The notes under the pieces were generated by a model that did not search any database, was not told the DNA's origin, and saw only the letters and a program-made list of their open reading frames with translations. Shown here one piece after another: positions 12,156-25,830 of a stretch of 64,000 nucleotides of DNA. How positions within the stretch are numbered: position 1 is the first letter of the stretch; each line of letters starts with the position of its first letter. Origin of the DNA: Mytilus trossulus. Lineage: Eukaryota. Where the stretch lies: the NCBI RefSeq assembly GCF_036588685.1, contig NC_086385.1:23211216-23275215 (forward strand), written 5' to 3'. Both the position numbers and the translations under genes were made by a program.

Positions 12156-15100
12156 ATGTCTTGCAATGCTTGTTATACCACAAATTCGTGGAGATTTCAT
12201 TCGTTGAAATCTGACCTTTTTTCTTTTTTCGACAAATTTACAAAGAATTTTGTATCAGTTTACATTCCAACTACCAAAAAACAAACATTGTGTAACTCCT
12301 GCTATTGTACGTTAAAGAAGTTGAAAGAGTGGAGTGAGAACATATACAGGTAACTCAAGTGCTTGAATTGTCTACATAATGAACATTTCCGTATACATGT
12401 ACACTAGTTATATTATACATAAATGTCTTTCATGAATTTGTAATCCATGACCATGTCTTATTAAATAATAATGATCTGGACCTCTGAAGTTAAAAGAAGT
12501 CTAATGAATAGCCCACAAAATTATTTTTTAATTTTTATCTAAAAAGCAAAATAAAAGGTGTAAAAAATATATATATAGTGCATGCAGTGGACCATGTTTG
12601 ACCAAGGAACTAGCCACTAAAGACTGTTATTTATCAGTAGCTATGCTATCTCTATTTAATATTGAACACAACATAGCTTGAGATAATTATTAATTATTCT
12701 TCAACTTGGTGTAACTGATATTCTTATAATCACATTCTTCGTAACATTGCAATTTTGCATGTTTGACAAACAGAACTTCTGATTTTCCTGACCAAAATTG
12801 AGTGGAGGTTTAAGTAAATTATATAGGTTAGCGATTTAGGCATTCCTAGCTATTTAAACAAGAACACAATTTTTTTTAAAGATTTAATTGTTTCTTCAAT
12901 TCTCTATGAAAAGATTGTGTAACTTATTGATGTTAATTTCTCCTTCCAGTTAAAATTGAAAGATACAAAAAATATTTATCATATGAATTACATGTACTTT
13001 ATCTGTTGATTTTCTTGTAGAACTGAGAGAATTAATACATTTAGTGATCATGCTGTGTTTCAGGAACAACATGTCAATCAATTGGTTACTGAAACAGGGT
13101 ATGTGTAGATAGTTGATGAATACGCATGAAATGTGGGGAAGGGTTCATGTCAACAATTCAGCTACCACTACACAAAAAAAAGACTTGAAAATACTAAAAT
13201 AAATATTATGAATATTAACAAACATTTATTGCACTTTTTGTACTTTTGACCTTTGTTTGATATTAGATAATTGGTCTCCATTGCCAATGATACACTAAGT
13301 GACATGATTGAAATCTTTTTGATTATTTAGCTGCTATTTAATATAAGACATAAATAAGACCTTTATTGATCTCAGTAGAATATTAAAGATAATATTATGT
13401 TGGGTAGCACTCAATGTAACAATATACAGTTGGACTATATAATTATTCAATTGTGAATATTGGTATATACTTATGTGCTTTCATCATGTTCATGTCATAT
13501 ACATTGCATAGTTCTAATTCTGATTTTAGAATTTCACCTGATCCACAGATAATTGATTGTTTAAGGAATGGTCACTTTGGTTCCATTGAGTAAGTAACTT
13601 ACCTTTATTATATATGTATACTGTGTGATTCATTAAATGCTAATTATTCATTTTATAAACATAGTACAGGTATAAGAGATTTTTTATTTAAATATTTCAA
13701 AATTTTAAAAGTTAAAACATTATAGGATATTTATTTAATTAAACCTTTTTGAATAATGAATGCACCTTTGCATTTTTTGTCATGTTTATTTCTAAGGCAT
13801 ATATATAGTGAAAGCTGTATAATGTATATATAATTACATATGCTATGGTTAAGATGGCTCTACTTACAAAATTCTACTTCGGCCAAATGAAAAAGTATGT
13901 GTGGTTCCAGTTACATCTGAAAAAAAGTTAGGGTAGGTAGTTAGGGATTTTTTTTTAATTTTATGGTTGTTTTTTTACATTGAGTCTATGGCATGTATGT
14001 GAGCAACATTCTGACTTTAATAGTGCTTAAAGAAAAATGACAATAAAATCTTTAGGGTAGGCTATTTTCAAGCCAAAAAAGTAGGGACGGTAGGGTTTCT
14101 GGAACCACACATATATTTTTATTTGGCCTTATAACAGGCTATAGTTTAAACTTGGAATAATTTTTAATAATGGCATTTGCATAATACAATGTGCATTTGA
14201 TTAATTTAGCTGTACAAATATATGTATCTAGTCAAGTGCTTGAAAATTTTGATAAATTCCATATTTATTTTGTACTATGATGTAAGAGAGTATTTTTCAA
14301 TAGAATGTACTGTGCCGCTCACAACAATATCTATACAAAATACAATGTATTAGAAGGGTTATGGACTGCTCAAAACAAATAAACAGAGAATTTATTCAAA
14401 AAGTAATACAATTATATTTGTTAGAAGTCTAGAACCTGGTCTATCACATACAGTTGGTCCAGCAGGGGATGCTGGCAGTATAGACAAATCAGAGTAAGTA
14501 ATTATCTGTAGGAACTTTAGAATAAGTGATGTCAACATATTTCATATTATATTAAAAGAAGATGTGGTATTATTGCCAATATGACATGTATGAGACAACT
14601 TTCCACAAGAGACAGATTGACACAAAAGAAATCACAGCTATACATGTAGGTCACTGTCAAGTCTTTAACAATGAGAAAAACTGTTATGGCATAGTCAGCT
14701 AAAAAAAGACAAAGTAATCACAAATGTAAACAATTCAATTGACAAAACTTATGGCCTAATCAAAGTGCAAAAAATAGATGAAAAACAATTATGGAGCACA
14801 GCAACAAACAGCCTCATTTAAATTACAGGATCTTGGCTTGGGACAGGAAAATTCAAACAGAATGTGGTTGGGTTGAAAATGTAACCAGGGACAGAGGTGT
14901 TACAGTACACAGTACATCATGAACATGACAAAAAAATATGGTCTACATGTCAATGAGATAGCTTCCGCCAATTAAAAAAATCATTTAGAAGCAATAGATC
15001 CATATCCTGTGACATACATAAATAACAAAGCTATTGAAACACCATTGTATATATGAATATGAACATGAATATAATATTATAGTTGATTGTTTAAAATGTA

Positions 15101-18100
15101 GTCTGAAAAGCAACCAACTTGCAAAAAAGTCCCAGGCACAAAGAATAATTGTAGGAAAAATGGAATTTTTATCATTTATGGGAATCTGAAGAAAAAAAAT
15201 ATCACCTATCATTTTGTACTTTTTTACATAATGTGAAATTACAATGAATTATGAGTATGCACATGTGGTTACATTCATATCAACAGTTTTATATAACTTT
15301 TTTCAGTATAAATGACACAGTTATTCCAGAGGAGGATTGCATACTATCATCAGGAGTAAAAAGATCTTTTACAGAGTATATATCATCTATATGTTTAGAT
15401 CACACTACAGCTCAGGTTGATTTTGCTTTGTCCACTCTTCCACAGTGTGAATTGGCACTGGGTGGGCAAATTCCAGCTTGTCCAGTCTGCCCACCAATAG
15501 GAGTGGGCATGTAATTTCTATTGATTAATCAAAAGACAATTTTTGCAAGTACAATCAATTGAAAAAAGCAGATAAGCATTTGTAAATAAGGAATATTAAA
15601 CAGTACTGTTATTAAAGAGTTGTCACCGTTAATTGTAGATTTGACGGTCACAAATGCAGTTTTATTGGCGACCGATATTTGCTGCCGTCAAATCAAAATT
15701 GATATTGGCAACTCTTCAACTACAGTACTGTTATTCTGGTTCTAATACATTTAAAAAATAAGATATGTAACAAGTTGAAAAAATGTATAAATTTGACATA
15801 CACAAAAAGTCAGCGAAACTTCATGAATATTTATGACCTATAAATGTCATTGATAAACGTGACGTCAAAGACTGTACATAATTTAAACTAGATCATTCAT
15901 GAGTTTGAATAAAGTTTATGCTTTCATAACTTTTAAATGCTTAGTATCTTGAAAATTTGATATGCAATAGTACTTCTATTTTTCAACATATATATCCTCA
16001 ACTCTCATACAAAATCTTGAAGACTTAAGTCAATGTCTATGAAATATCTTTTACTACCATTAAATGTTTATTTTTACAGTGACCATTCATATATCAACCA
16101 CAAAGGGCACAATACAAGTGATTCAAATGACCATGAATATTCCTGTAACTTGCACACAGAGGAGGATGAAGAAGATGATGAAGACGTCAATATTTTATGT
16201 CAGGATAGAATAAAACAAATATTAAAACTACTCAATTTAAAGAGTAATGCTGCATATGACTACCCAAGCATGTTAAGGACTTGTAGTCAGACAGATCTTA
16301 GCGAAAAAGACATCTTCATGAGCATTATTGAAGAAATGAAAACACGGTATTATTAACATCACTTCTAAAAATGATTTTTGATATGAAATATGGAGATTTT
16401 GCATGATTTTCAATGAAACTACTATATTGGTAGAGATAATTTGACTAAGATACAAACTACCTTCAACAATGAGCATAATCTTTACCTTTTAGCAAATGAA
16501 ATAAAATTTTTTATTAAAATACCAACAGTCTAATACATACATGACATACAACATCAATGATTCAAAATCACATGTGGCAGAAAAACAAAACAAATTTCAA
16601 TTGATTTATTCAGACAGATAGTTATAGAATTTTTAACATAAATATCTGCAAGAATAAATACTTCTTTGTAAGACATTATGCATTTAAACGTTATTTTCTT
16701 AAATAATGATTTCAAAAATTATTGTTCTTTTATCATGTTTGTCTCTGAATATTGAGGATGAAGATTGAATCATTATCTTTCTAGACCTGAAATCTATTTT
16801 GTGTACATACATTACCATTTAGAATACTACTTATTCAAATATTGAAATTCTTTGAACTTATATTTATTAATACATTTGTACTTAAATATTTAATATGAAT
16901 TCACTTGTATATTTGAATACCAATAGATGTCCACAACTGCTTGAAATACTGTTATCAGTATGTGTGAAGGATACGACAAAAGTTAATTTAAGGCAAATTA
17001 ACAGTGTTGCTGTTGCATATTCATCTCTAATGTTTGCTAGAAACAACAAAAACTCTGGTATACAAAGATGTATTACCCTGTTAGCTGTTAAAGGAGATGC
17101 AAATGATGAGGTACGAAAAAATCATGGTAATGTAATACAATATAGTTTGTATAAATGTCATATAACATACATTTTCTTCAGCAGGAGACCCAGTGATGAT
17201 TATTTAATGATAGGGGCTGATGTTATTGATGGAGTTTGGTTATTAAAGGTGGCACTTTGAAAATACAGCTGTTTCTCAAACCACACTTCTTTTGGGGAGA
17301 TCTAAAATATTCATAAAAAAATAATTGTGTTTACATACTGGTTCCCAGTTCTGATCTGTATGTTGCATCTAACAGAGACATATCTTGGGAATGTTACCAG
17401 TAAATATACATGTGCATATTGTTTATATTGAAATCTGTGGTAACCCTTCATTTGAGATACGGGGTAGCTAAGAAAATAAGTTTTACTTTAAAATCTGAGA
17501 AGTTCAAGGCATATAAACGTTGAAAATATGCCGCATACCGCTGTATTTCGACCTTTGAGATTAATTGAAGTGCATATGAACTTTAAATTCTTCGATAAGA
17601 TTTTTTTCAAAACTTCATAGTAAAAGTGTTACAGTTTTAGCCGCAAAAGGAGTTCCAACGGAAAATGCATTCTCAATATTTACAAAAATGCAACCTAAAT
17701 CTCAGTAAATTGAACAGCTTATGACTGGAATTGTACTCTATACCTAGATATTCTTAGATTTTATGATTTTTTACTGTTATGCCACTTGTTTTGCTCCCTC
17801 AATGCTAATTCATCTGTAACTATTACTGCTTATTGCCTAATCTTTCCCTTTTTGCTGTGTCTCAAAATATAAAATCTGTTTCTATATTCTATCACTAATG
17901 AAAGCAATGAATACAAATAGATTTTATGTTTTCCTTTAGGGCTGTTCCAAAAATAAATGTATGAGGGCACTTTTTATTTGACCCCACAATGCATGAATTT
18001 TTATTTGAAAATTTCCTTTAAATGGTAAAGTTATTAAACACTACCCATCAAATTGTATTTAAAGTGCCTTATGACCCCCATACAATTAATTCTGGAACAA

Positions 18101-21100
18101 CCCTTATTGTATACTGTAAATTCAGACATTGAACTGACTTATCCCATGAAAAAACAAATATGTGTCTAATTAGATTAATTATTGGAATTTCTATACAAGT
18201 TGATAATTATAGATATATGTACAGGATATAAGAAAACTAGTTATTTTTCTTTGATATATGGTTACCAAGTTGCATAAATCATAATCATTTCTGAATTTAC
18301 AGTATACTTTTGCTTCCCATTTAGGTTACAGCTTTACTTTCCTTTCACATTAACAAAATACATTATATGAAAGTCTGTATAAAATGGTAAATACACCTGC
18401 TGTATGTTGGTTCGAATCCAACTGCAGACAAAGCAATGTATCTTAGTATAGCTAGCTATTAACACTTAAACTGTGAAATCATTCTTATAAGCATTTTGGT
18501 ACTTTGGTAATATGAAAAATGTTATTCAATATAACATTTTCAAAATTCTTTTCCTATGATTCCATTTTAAAAAAAATGAATTCAATGAAAAATTACCTTT
18601 TATTATAAATTTACAATATTTCTGATTATCTGATTTTCAACTATTACTAATAAGGACAAATACATTTATTATTGATAAGAATGACTTCACAGTGCTTACT
18701 GCTATTTTTGGTGAAGGTGCATTATTAACTAGTTACAAATACATTAGTAATAATTGATAATGACAGCACTATTTCATACATGTTTTATTTTTAATTCTAT
18801 TTCATAGTTTATCAGAAGATTGAACAGGATGTCGTTAAGCCTTTCCTGTTCTGGAAAATTAAGAATTCTTGATAAGGCTGTACTTGCGTCACATAATATG
18901 CTGGTTGAAGCAATTCGTACAAACCCTTTAATGAAAATTACTGGGGATAACTTGGATATGTATATCAGAACAAACCACCAAAGGACAGACAATAGCAACC
19001 AGGATATACACTGGTTTGCCTCTAATGCATTTTTCACCAGACTTAATTACCAAAATCTTCCTGAAAACACACCAGAAGTTAGTCCAGTTTCTGTTGCTAA
19101 TTTTGTTAGCATGGTTCACTTGTTCTTAAATTAAGAATTTCTTTTTGAATTTGTTGAAAGCTGGAAGTATTATTTCTCATGGATTGTTATCTGATTATTG
19201 CTTTACATAGGCAGTAACTGTTTTAGTTTCCTTATCCAGCAATTAATTTAAAAAAAGAAAAATTCTATCCAAATCAATAATTATTTTTTTATGTAATCAT
19301 GACTTAAATTTAATCGGATACTGTGCTTTACAATATTATTCCTTTATTATAATCTATTGATTGATTAACAATTTACAAACAGTTAAGAAATGTAATTTTT
19401 TTATTCATACAAATTATCAGTCTGGAAATTAGGAAAATTAGTGTAATTGTAAGGTAGCATGCATTTATATATGTTTTACATTTTTTTACAACTTTAACTC
19501 ATAATTATTATTTTACACAACATGTTATTGAAGCCATTTTTGATGAGTTCTGTTTTTCACACTGATGTTTTCTTACAGGTGACATGTTCCAATTAGTGTT
19601 TGAGTCTTGTGATCATTATGTTCTTTTTTCTATTTAATGGGTTATCATATTTAAAAATTTGATTATTAAATTGTACTATTAAAGTGCAATTGAAAATATA
19701 TTTCAAGATTATAGTATATGGTGTAGGTGTAGTCCAGTTGATCTTGTCAATTTCAAGATGATTTTTTTACATTTTGGCTGTTCATGAATTATGGTACTAG
19801 ATGATTGGAAAATTGAATTCATTTGAAATTTTTATATTTTTCTTTCCCAGACTACCTTCAAACATTGTGCAAGTATAAATATCAATAAACTATGACTTTT
19901 TTTATAGGTTAGACTGAAAGACATAGATGCAGAAATGTTTGTATTAACTGGAGGGGAAACAATGAAGCTGAATGATGTAAAGAAGGTTTTGATAGGTCGT
20001 CTTCTATGTGACAGGGATGACTTTCAGTGGCTTAAAAATAAACTACCACAACATATACCACATCGGTACAACTTTAAATCTTAATATATGGGAAAAAAAA
20101 TTACAACTGTCCTCAATGGAATGGGTCTGAGTAGTACAAATGTGATTTCATTTTATGTTGTGAATTTATTTTGAACATATTTTTACATATTTTTCAGCAA
20201 ATCAAATGACTTTTGTTGTCCAGATAAATTTGGGATATAAATAAAATAAAATAAAGGATATGGTTAACTGACTTTACAGTATAAACTTTGCTCATGGTTG
20301 AAGGCTGACAGTGACCTTCATCTGAATATCTGTGTCAATTCATCTTTGGTGGACAGTTATCTCATTGGCCATCATCATACCACTTCTTCTTCAATTTTAT
20401 AAAAATAAGTTGCGACATATATAAAAACGAGAATCAAGTGATGAGAACTTATTTTGATCAGATTGCATCTTCTTTCATATAATGACACAAAACTGGTGTA
20501 TAACAAAACACAAAATGCAGTAGAATAAGGTTTTAATTGCTATTCTTCATTTCAAAATTAGTGATGACTTCAACATGAAGCAAATACTATCACCTAACTA
20601 CATCTATAATATCATATGGCTCCTAGCACTAGTTTGATTGGCTTTTATAAACATATTACATAAAAGAATTAAAGAAGTAACAGAAATATCATATCAATAT
20701 AGTACCTTATATTATATCGTAATACATGTATTTCATTTGGCATTTTTTAATTTTAAGATACAGTGACAGCATGTCAAAGAAACAGCATGTCTATACATTG
20801 AAAATAATGTTCAAGAATGAATCTAAAAATGAAGACTGTCTGGATATAATGGGCGAATACGAAGATCAAATAATTGATTTGCACACAAAGGCATATGGTA
20901 ATAAAGGCATTACAATGAAACCTGGCTAAACCAAATCCTACCTAAAACCGAAGACCTGTATAAACCAAAATTGTTCTGAAGCACGGTCATATCAAATTGT
21001 ATGCTTTCTTAATTCCTGTGGAGGTTCCTTTTTAAATAGGTTTCATTGTAGTATACCTTGCACACTGTTTATTACAGTTTTTCATATCTGATTTGGATTT

Positions 21101-24100
21101 CAGTATCCTTTCTATTATCATTTGCACTTTCACTTTCTTTCTTATATAAAAAAAAATGTTGCATTTGTTCATGATAGCCATCAAAATTCAATTGAAATTT
21201 AAAATGTTTTAATATTTTTAATATTCCTATTACAGGAAATACAGACAATTTAGATAAATATGGAGTAGTTTTAGGAGGAGATATGTTGACCAGGGAAAGA
21301 TTACAAAATGCTAAAAACATCACATATTTAGCTCCAACACCAAGGGGTAGATTTGAACATTTAGCCCCAGTCACTTGTGAACTTTGGCATGTGAAGCAAG
21401 ATCTTCTATCTGTATGTTTTATTGTATTCATACCTAGTCCCTTAAGCAATTTTGATATCACCAAGCATTCTGAGTGCAAGGACCATAACTCTCAACAAAT
21501 TTGTAACTTTATCTGTTACTTGTCATCATAAATCAAGATACCAAATTTCAAATCAATATCTTCAAGCTGTAAGAAAAATTGTGGAAAAACTTATTTGACC
21601 AAATGCAAAACTAAAGTCCATTTAAACTTTATGCTCATTTTGTTTCTTAAATTATGCACTGTACTGGCATCAATTTTCAAGTCTATTTTTTTTTATTTCA
21701 CCTAAGCGCATACCTAATATTGTATTAAAAGGATTTTAAAAAACAGAATTGAAGTTATTTTAACATTGTCTTTATGTCAATTTTTTAGAAAGCATATAAA
21801 GCCTTATATAAAATTGATTCATTGGGAGAGTGTGGAACTTTGTTTCACATGAAGACAGCATTAAGGAGGAATGATGTGAATGGAAATGTAAAGTCCAACT
21901 ACAAAGCCCATGAGGAACTATTTCTGCTGATTGTGAAAGCATTAATTCACGTAGCCTCAGATGAGATAAGGGATTGCAAAGAACAGAACAGAGACGTTGT
22001 CCTTAGTAATGTTTTTTCAAAAATTTATGGTTTGTATAAAATAATGATTTCCATATAATTATTTCATTGGTACGATAGCAAAACATGCAAAAGTTATTAG
22101 CATAAAGGGACAACCCGTGGTAAAATCTAGATATATTCAAGCCCCCATGAATTATTTCGATTCTAATAGGACAAATACGGCTACTTTTTTGGATCGAAGC
22201 GCCCTAGGTGGAGGCCATTATTTGCCGTTCCCATAAATTCACGCACTTTTAGATTGGCGTAAAAGAACGGAGCAAACAGAATAAGTGACATGCTCAAACT
22301 ATTCACAAAACTTATAAAGATAGATTTCGATGAATTTTAATGATAACTTACTTAAATATGCCTTCTATGTATAAAAAAAATGGGCTTATACCACATTTTT
22401 GCATCGTTTGTTTACGTTTCCTTGTTGTGATGATTTTCGGTATCAAAAGCGTGTATTTTCCCGTAAAATGCTTAAATTATAACGTCATCATTCTATGACG
22501 TCGGGTACTTCATTCATTAAAAAAACATATGACGTGGGAGTACGATCGGAACAGCCAATGCAATATATTCATATTTTACCACGGGTATGTACTCAAAGCG
22601 TTTGAAGGACGTCATGTTAGAATACTTTACATTTATGTTCATGGAATGTAAAGATTTCAAATTCTACCTGGTAAGAATTCTACTGACTGTGACAGAACCA
22701 TGAAATCAAGTATTACACATTCTCGGAAAATTGATTCCCAAGAAAAAAAGTTGAGTCTACACTATTTAGAATAACAAATTTAAAAATAAAAAACTGGAGG
22801 CTTTCCTATATAGATATAGGAAGATGTGGTGTGAGTGCCAATGAGACAACTCTCCATCCAAATAACAATTTAAAAAGTAAACCATTATAGGTTAAAGTAC
22901 GGCCTTCAACACGGAGCCTTGGCTCACACCGAACAAAAAGCTAAAAAGGGCCCCAAAATTACTAGTGTAAAACCATTCAAACGGGAAAACCAACGGTCTA
23001 ATCTATATAAACAAAATGAGAAACGAGAAACACGTATATATTACATAAACAAACAACAACTACTGTACATCAGATTCCTGACTTAGGACAGGTGCAAAAT
23101 GTACACCTAATGACCAAGCTAAATAAATTGTAGGAATGACCTGGCAGATATACATAATATATGAAAACCTATTGGTTACCTTCTGCTGTTGTCTGTTCTA
23201 TGGTAGGGTTGATGTCTCTTTTACACATTCCCAATTTTCATTCTCAATTTTATATGAAGAAGATGAATGGTTACAATTTATAAAACTGTTTGTGGATGCA
23301 AATGAATATAAACAGTTATTTTTTAGGTCTAGGATACAGCACAGATGATTACATTTACAACTACTTCACAAATTTAATAACCTGGGGTATTCAAATAATT
23401 AACATGAATGACACAGCAAAGGAAGGGGACATGGAGAGACTTATAATGAATATGAAGGAAAATGCAGCCTTTTTTTTACAGCCACTCAGTAATGAGCAAA
23501 TATTTTTCTGAGTGCGTTAACACCATCTTACAAGTACAGCACCTATCATCCCCTCATATGAAAATGAGACAGCTAGAAGGGGCATTCATTAATACCAAAG
23601 GAGGTTCTGGTAAAAACAAAGAAGCAGACCTGGTGCAGGAGCATGCCATTAGAAATCAGAAGGACTTAATAAGAGGTTTAGGTAAGAAACATAGACTTAG
23701 CCTCCAATCACCCAAGTATTGTTACTGTAATTGTACTTCTGTATAAAAGTTTCCTGTTGGAATTATCTCCCTTATACCATTGACCTAACTTAAAAAAGGA
23801 GTTGCTTCATATTCTTAATTAATTTATTATTTTTAAACAGTTTCAAATTTAATATCTAAATATATGGGATCCATATTGTCTTAATGATTGAATTTGTATA
23901 TAACTATTTGTAACAACACACAATCAGGATAAATTTGTAAGGTGGGGTGATGTGAACCTGATAATTTTTCGCTACATTGAAGACCTGTTGGTGACCTTCT
24001 GCTGTTGTTTTTTTATTTGGTTGGGTTGTTGTCATTCCCCATTTCCATTCTCAATTTTATCATATTATACAATTGCACACTATGAATCTAATATTGCTTA

Positions 24101-24592
24101 CGGCCAATTAAATCTATTAAAAAGGGCTAATATATTACTTTCATTACTGTACTAAACAGTAAGATATTGGGAGTAATACATTCAGACAAAAGCTTGAACA
24201 GTTTCATAATATAAAGAAAACATCAGTCACATCTGTATTACTTATTGATCTTAAAGTTGAATATAATTTTTATTAATGTAGGAGCAAATAAAACTGAAAA
24301 TGGTTCCAGGAGAGCTAGCAGCTCAGCAGACATCATCCATCGAATAGGAGACAATGTAGACCATCTTCTTGGTATACCTAAATTCACATCAAGCCATGCC
24401 AAGAAAACGTCATCTAAAGATCTGGAAATTGCTATAAACATTTTAAGTAAAGTTCAGCCATTTAAATATGTTAAGGGTAGGAAATTTGAAAGTTTTAAAA
24501 CAATACAAAAAAATCCAAAACTAATTGTTCAAAGGAAAGATCTAATACATGCCATCCATAAAAAAATTCAGAGGTTATTTTTAAATTCATAA
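12156..24592 (+). CDS. Academ (DUF6589-like) DDE transposase, 14 exons, about 907 aa; one +1 frameshift in a T8 run
   Basis: Phase-consistent GT-AG exons: 12156-12349, 13021-13098, 13512-13589, 14425-14493, 15307-15510, 16080-16346, 16927-17110, 18808-19077, 19908-20065, 20758-20897, 21236-21411, 21789-22029, 23327-23681, 24282-24592. Motifs: N-terminal CxxC..CxxC, ITGDNLD, GGDMLTRER, ELWH, KEGD, SKY, NTKGGSGKNKEADLVQEH, LGANKT. One extra T at 23470-23477. Exons 2-5 are less certain. Confidence 0.82.
13881..14128. mobile_element. MITE in transposase intron 3
   Basis: Imperfect TIRs of about 28 bp: GGCCAAATGAAAAAGTATGTGTGGTTCC and GGAACCACACATATATTTTTATTTGGCC. Confidence 0.7.
17936..18106. 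mobile_element. MITE in transposase intron 7
   Basis: Imperfect TIRs of about 30 bp: TAGGGCTGTTCCAAAAATAAATGTATGAGGG and CCCCCATACAATTAATTCTGGAACAACCCTTA. Confidence 0.65.
18373..18430 (+). ncRNA. tRNA-like structure, copy 1 (58 nt), transposase intron 7
   Basis: Acceptor-like stem GTCTGTA/TGCAGAC, a stemless D-like loop containing TGGTA, a 5-bp arm ATACA/TGTAT with a 5-nt loop, and a T-arm GTTGG-TTCGAAT-CCAAC. Confidence 0.6.
22807..23100. repeat. Abundant SINE-like interspersed repeat
   Basis: ATAGATATAGGAAGATGTGGTGTGAGTGCCAATGAGACAACTCTCC...ACTAGTGTAAAACCATTCAAACGGGAAAA is nearly identical to 34271-34453. Related copies lie near 14555, 42335 and 55790. Confidence 0.75.
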
Positions 24593-24959
24593 TTTTTTCT
24601 ATAGTGTGTTTATAGTTTCATAGAAAATCAGGTGCCTATATCTACTGAACTTTGTGTTTCTATTAAAAAAAAAATTAGAATAACTTATTTACTGAATGTC
24701 AATAGCATATAAGTCATAACCATTAATTTTTCAATGCATGTAAATTTCTCTCCACTAATATTGAAAATGAAATGAAGGTAAAAGCAATTTTCAGTTAATT
24801 TTACTTACACATTACAATAATTTAATGTTATTTTTGAAACTAGATATATGCCGAAACAGTGGTCTAAAATACCAATAAACATTATGTAAATGTTACTGAT
24901 GATTATACTGGTGCTATTTTTACCTTAAAATCAATCATTACTATAAAATATTGGGGATT

Positions 24960-25830
24960 GAAGAAACAACTTCATTGTTGTTTTATAGATTTTAAAAGTG
25001 TTTTTGACAACTTGAATACATTTTTTTTATATCATAAACTTGCTAAATGTGGTATTAGTGTAAGTTTTTTTCCATTATTAAATCTTTCTATGATATTTCA
25101 ATGACCTGTGGGAAATTTAAAGGTGAATTTTCTAATATATTTTCTGTAGAAAAAAGAGTATTACAAGGGGAATCATTATCAACCATACTATTTTTTTTTT
25201 TTTTATGATTTTGAATATTAGTTTATTTTATAGCTTATTTCTGTTTTACCAGTAGACACGAAATAGCTGTCATTGTTTATATTGATGTTTGTTATATTTT
25301 CTGAGAGTATTGATGGGTTGTAAAATATGTTGAGTATTCATAATGTATCAGATAGAAAAATAAAAAAAAATCAGTTAGAATTTTGTAAATATATTTATAC
25401 TATTAAGAAATCCCCTGCTACAGCAATGGTTTATTCTGAGTTGGAAAGATTTCCTTTACTTATATGTTAATCAGTAAAAATATCCAAATATTGGATTTGT
25501 CTATTACGAGTCTGAATCAGGAAATATGTCATCATGGGTTACTAATGTTAAACCTATGTTGCTTAGCCAAGGTTTTGGGCATGTATGGTATGCACAGAAT
25601 TTTGAATGCGAAGAAGCATTTTTTATTCAAACTAAGGTTTATTGACCAAAAGGGAAATATGCTTTTCGATTCATCATCAAAATGAACGATCTATAAATAT
25701 GAAGTGGATAACTGTTTAACTGACATTTTTTTCACAAATAAGTTAAGTCCACAATGTATCAGATTTTTAACTAAATATAGTCATTTCCTAAGGGGAGGTA
25801 AATTAGTTCCCAATGTTTTGTATCAATTAG
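24960..25830 (+). pseudogene. Highly degraded LINE (RT) remnant between the AcademH genes
   Basis: 25156-25192 reads RVLQGESLSTILF (RT motif QGxxLSPxLF); a later segment reads AMVYSELERFPL. Many stops and deletions. Boundaries are approximate. Confidence 0.5.

Noticed and set aside
17336-17402. Hairpin resembling a pre-miRNA or snoRNA
   Set aside because: Pairing is interrupted and I found no H/ACA or C/D boxes.
18301-18372. MALAT1-type triple helix upstream of the tRNA-like fold
   Set aside because: U-rich patches exist, but there is no A-rich tract abutting the fold and the U-rich motifs are not conserved in copy 2.
18373-18430. Bona fide tRNA gene
   Set aside because: It has no D-stem, no 7-nt anticodon loop and no variable region, so it is reported only as tRNA-like.
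12350-24281. A matching hammerhead in the transposase introns
   Set aside because: A visual scan found no CTGANGA...GAAA core with pairable stems on the + strand; a computational search could still find one.
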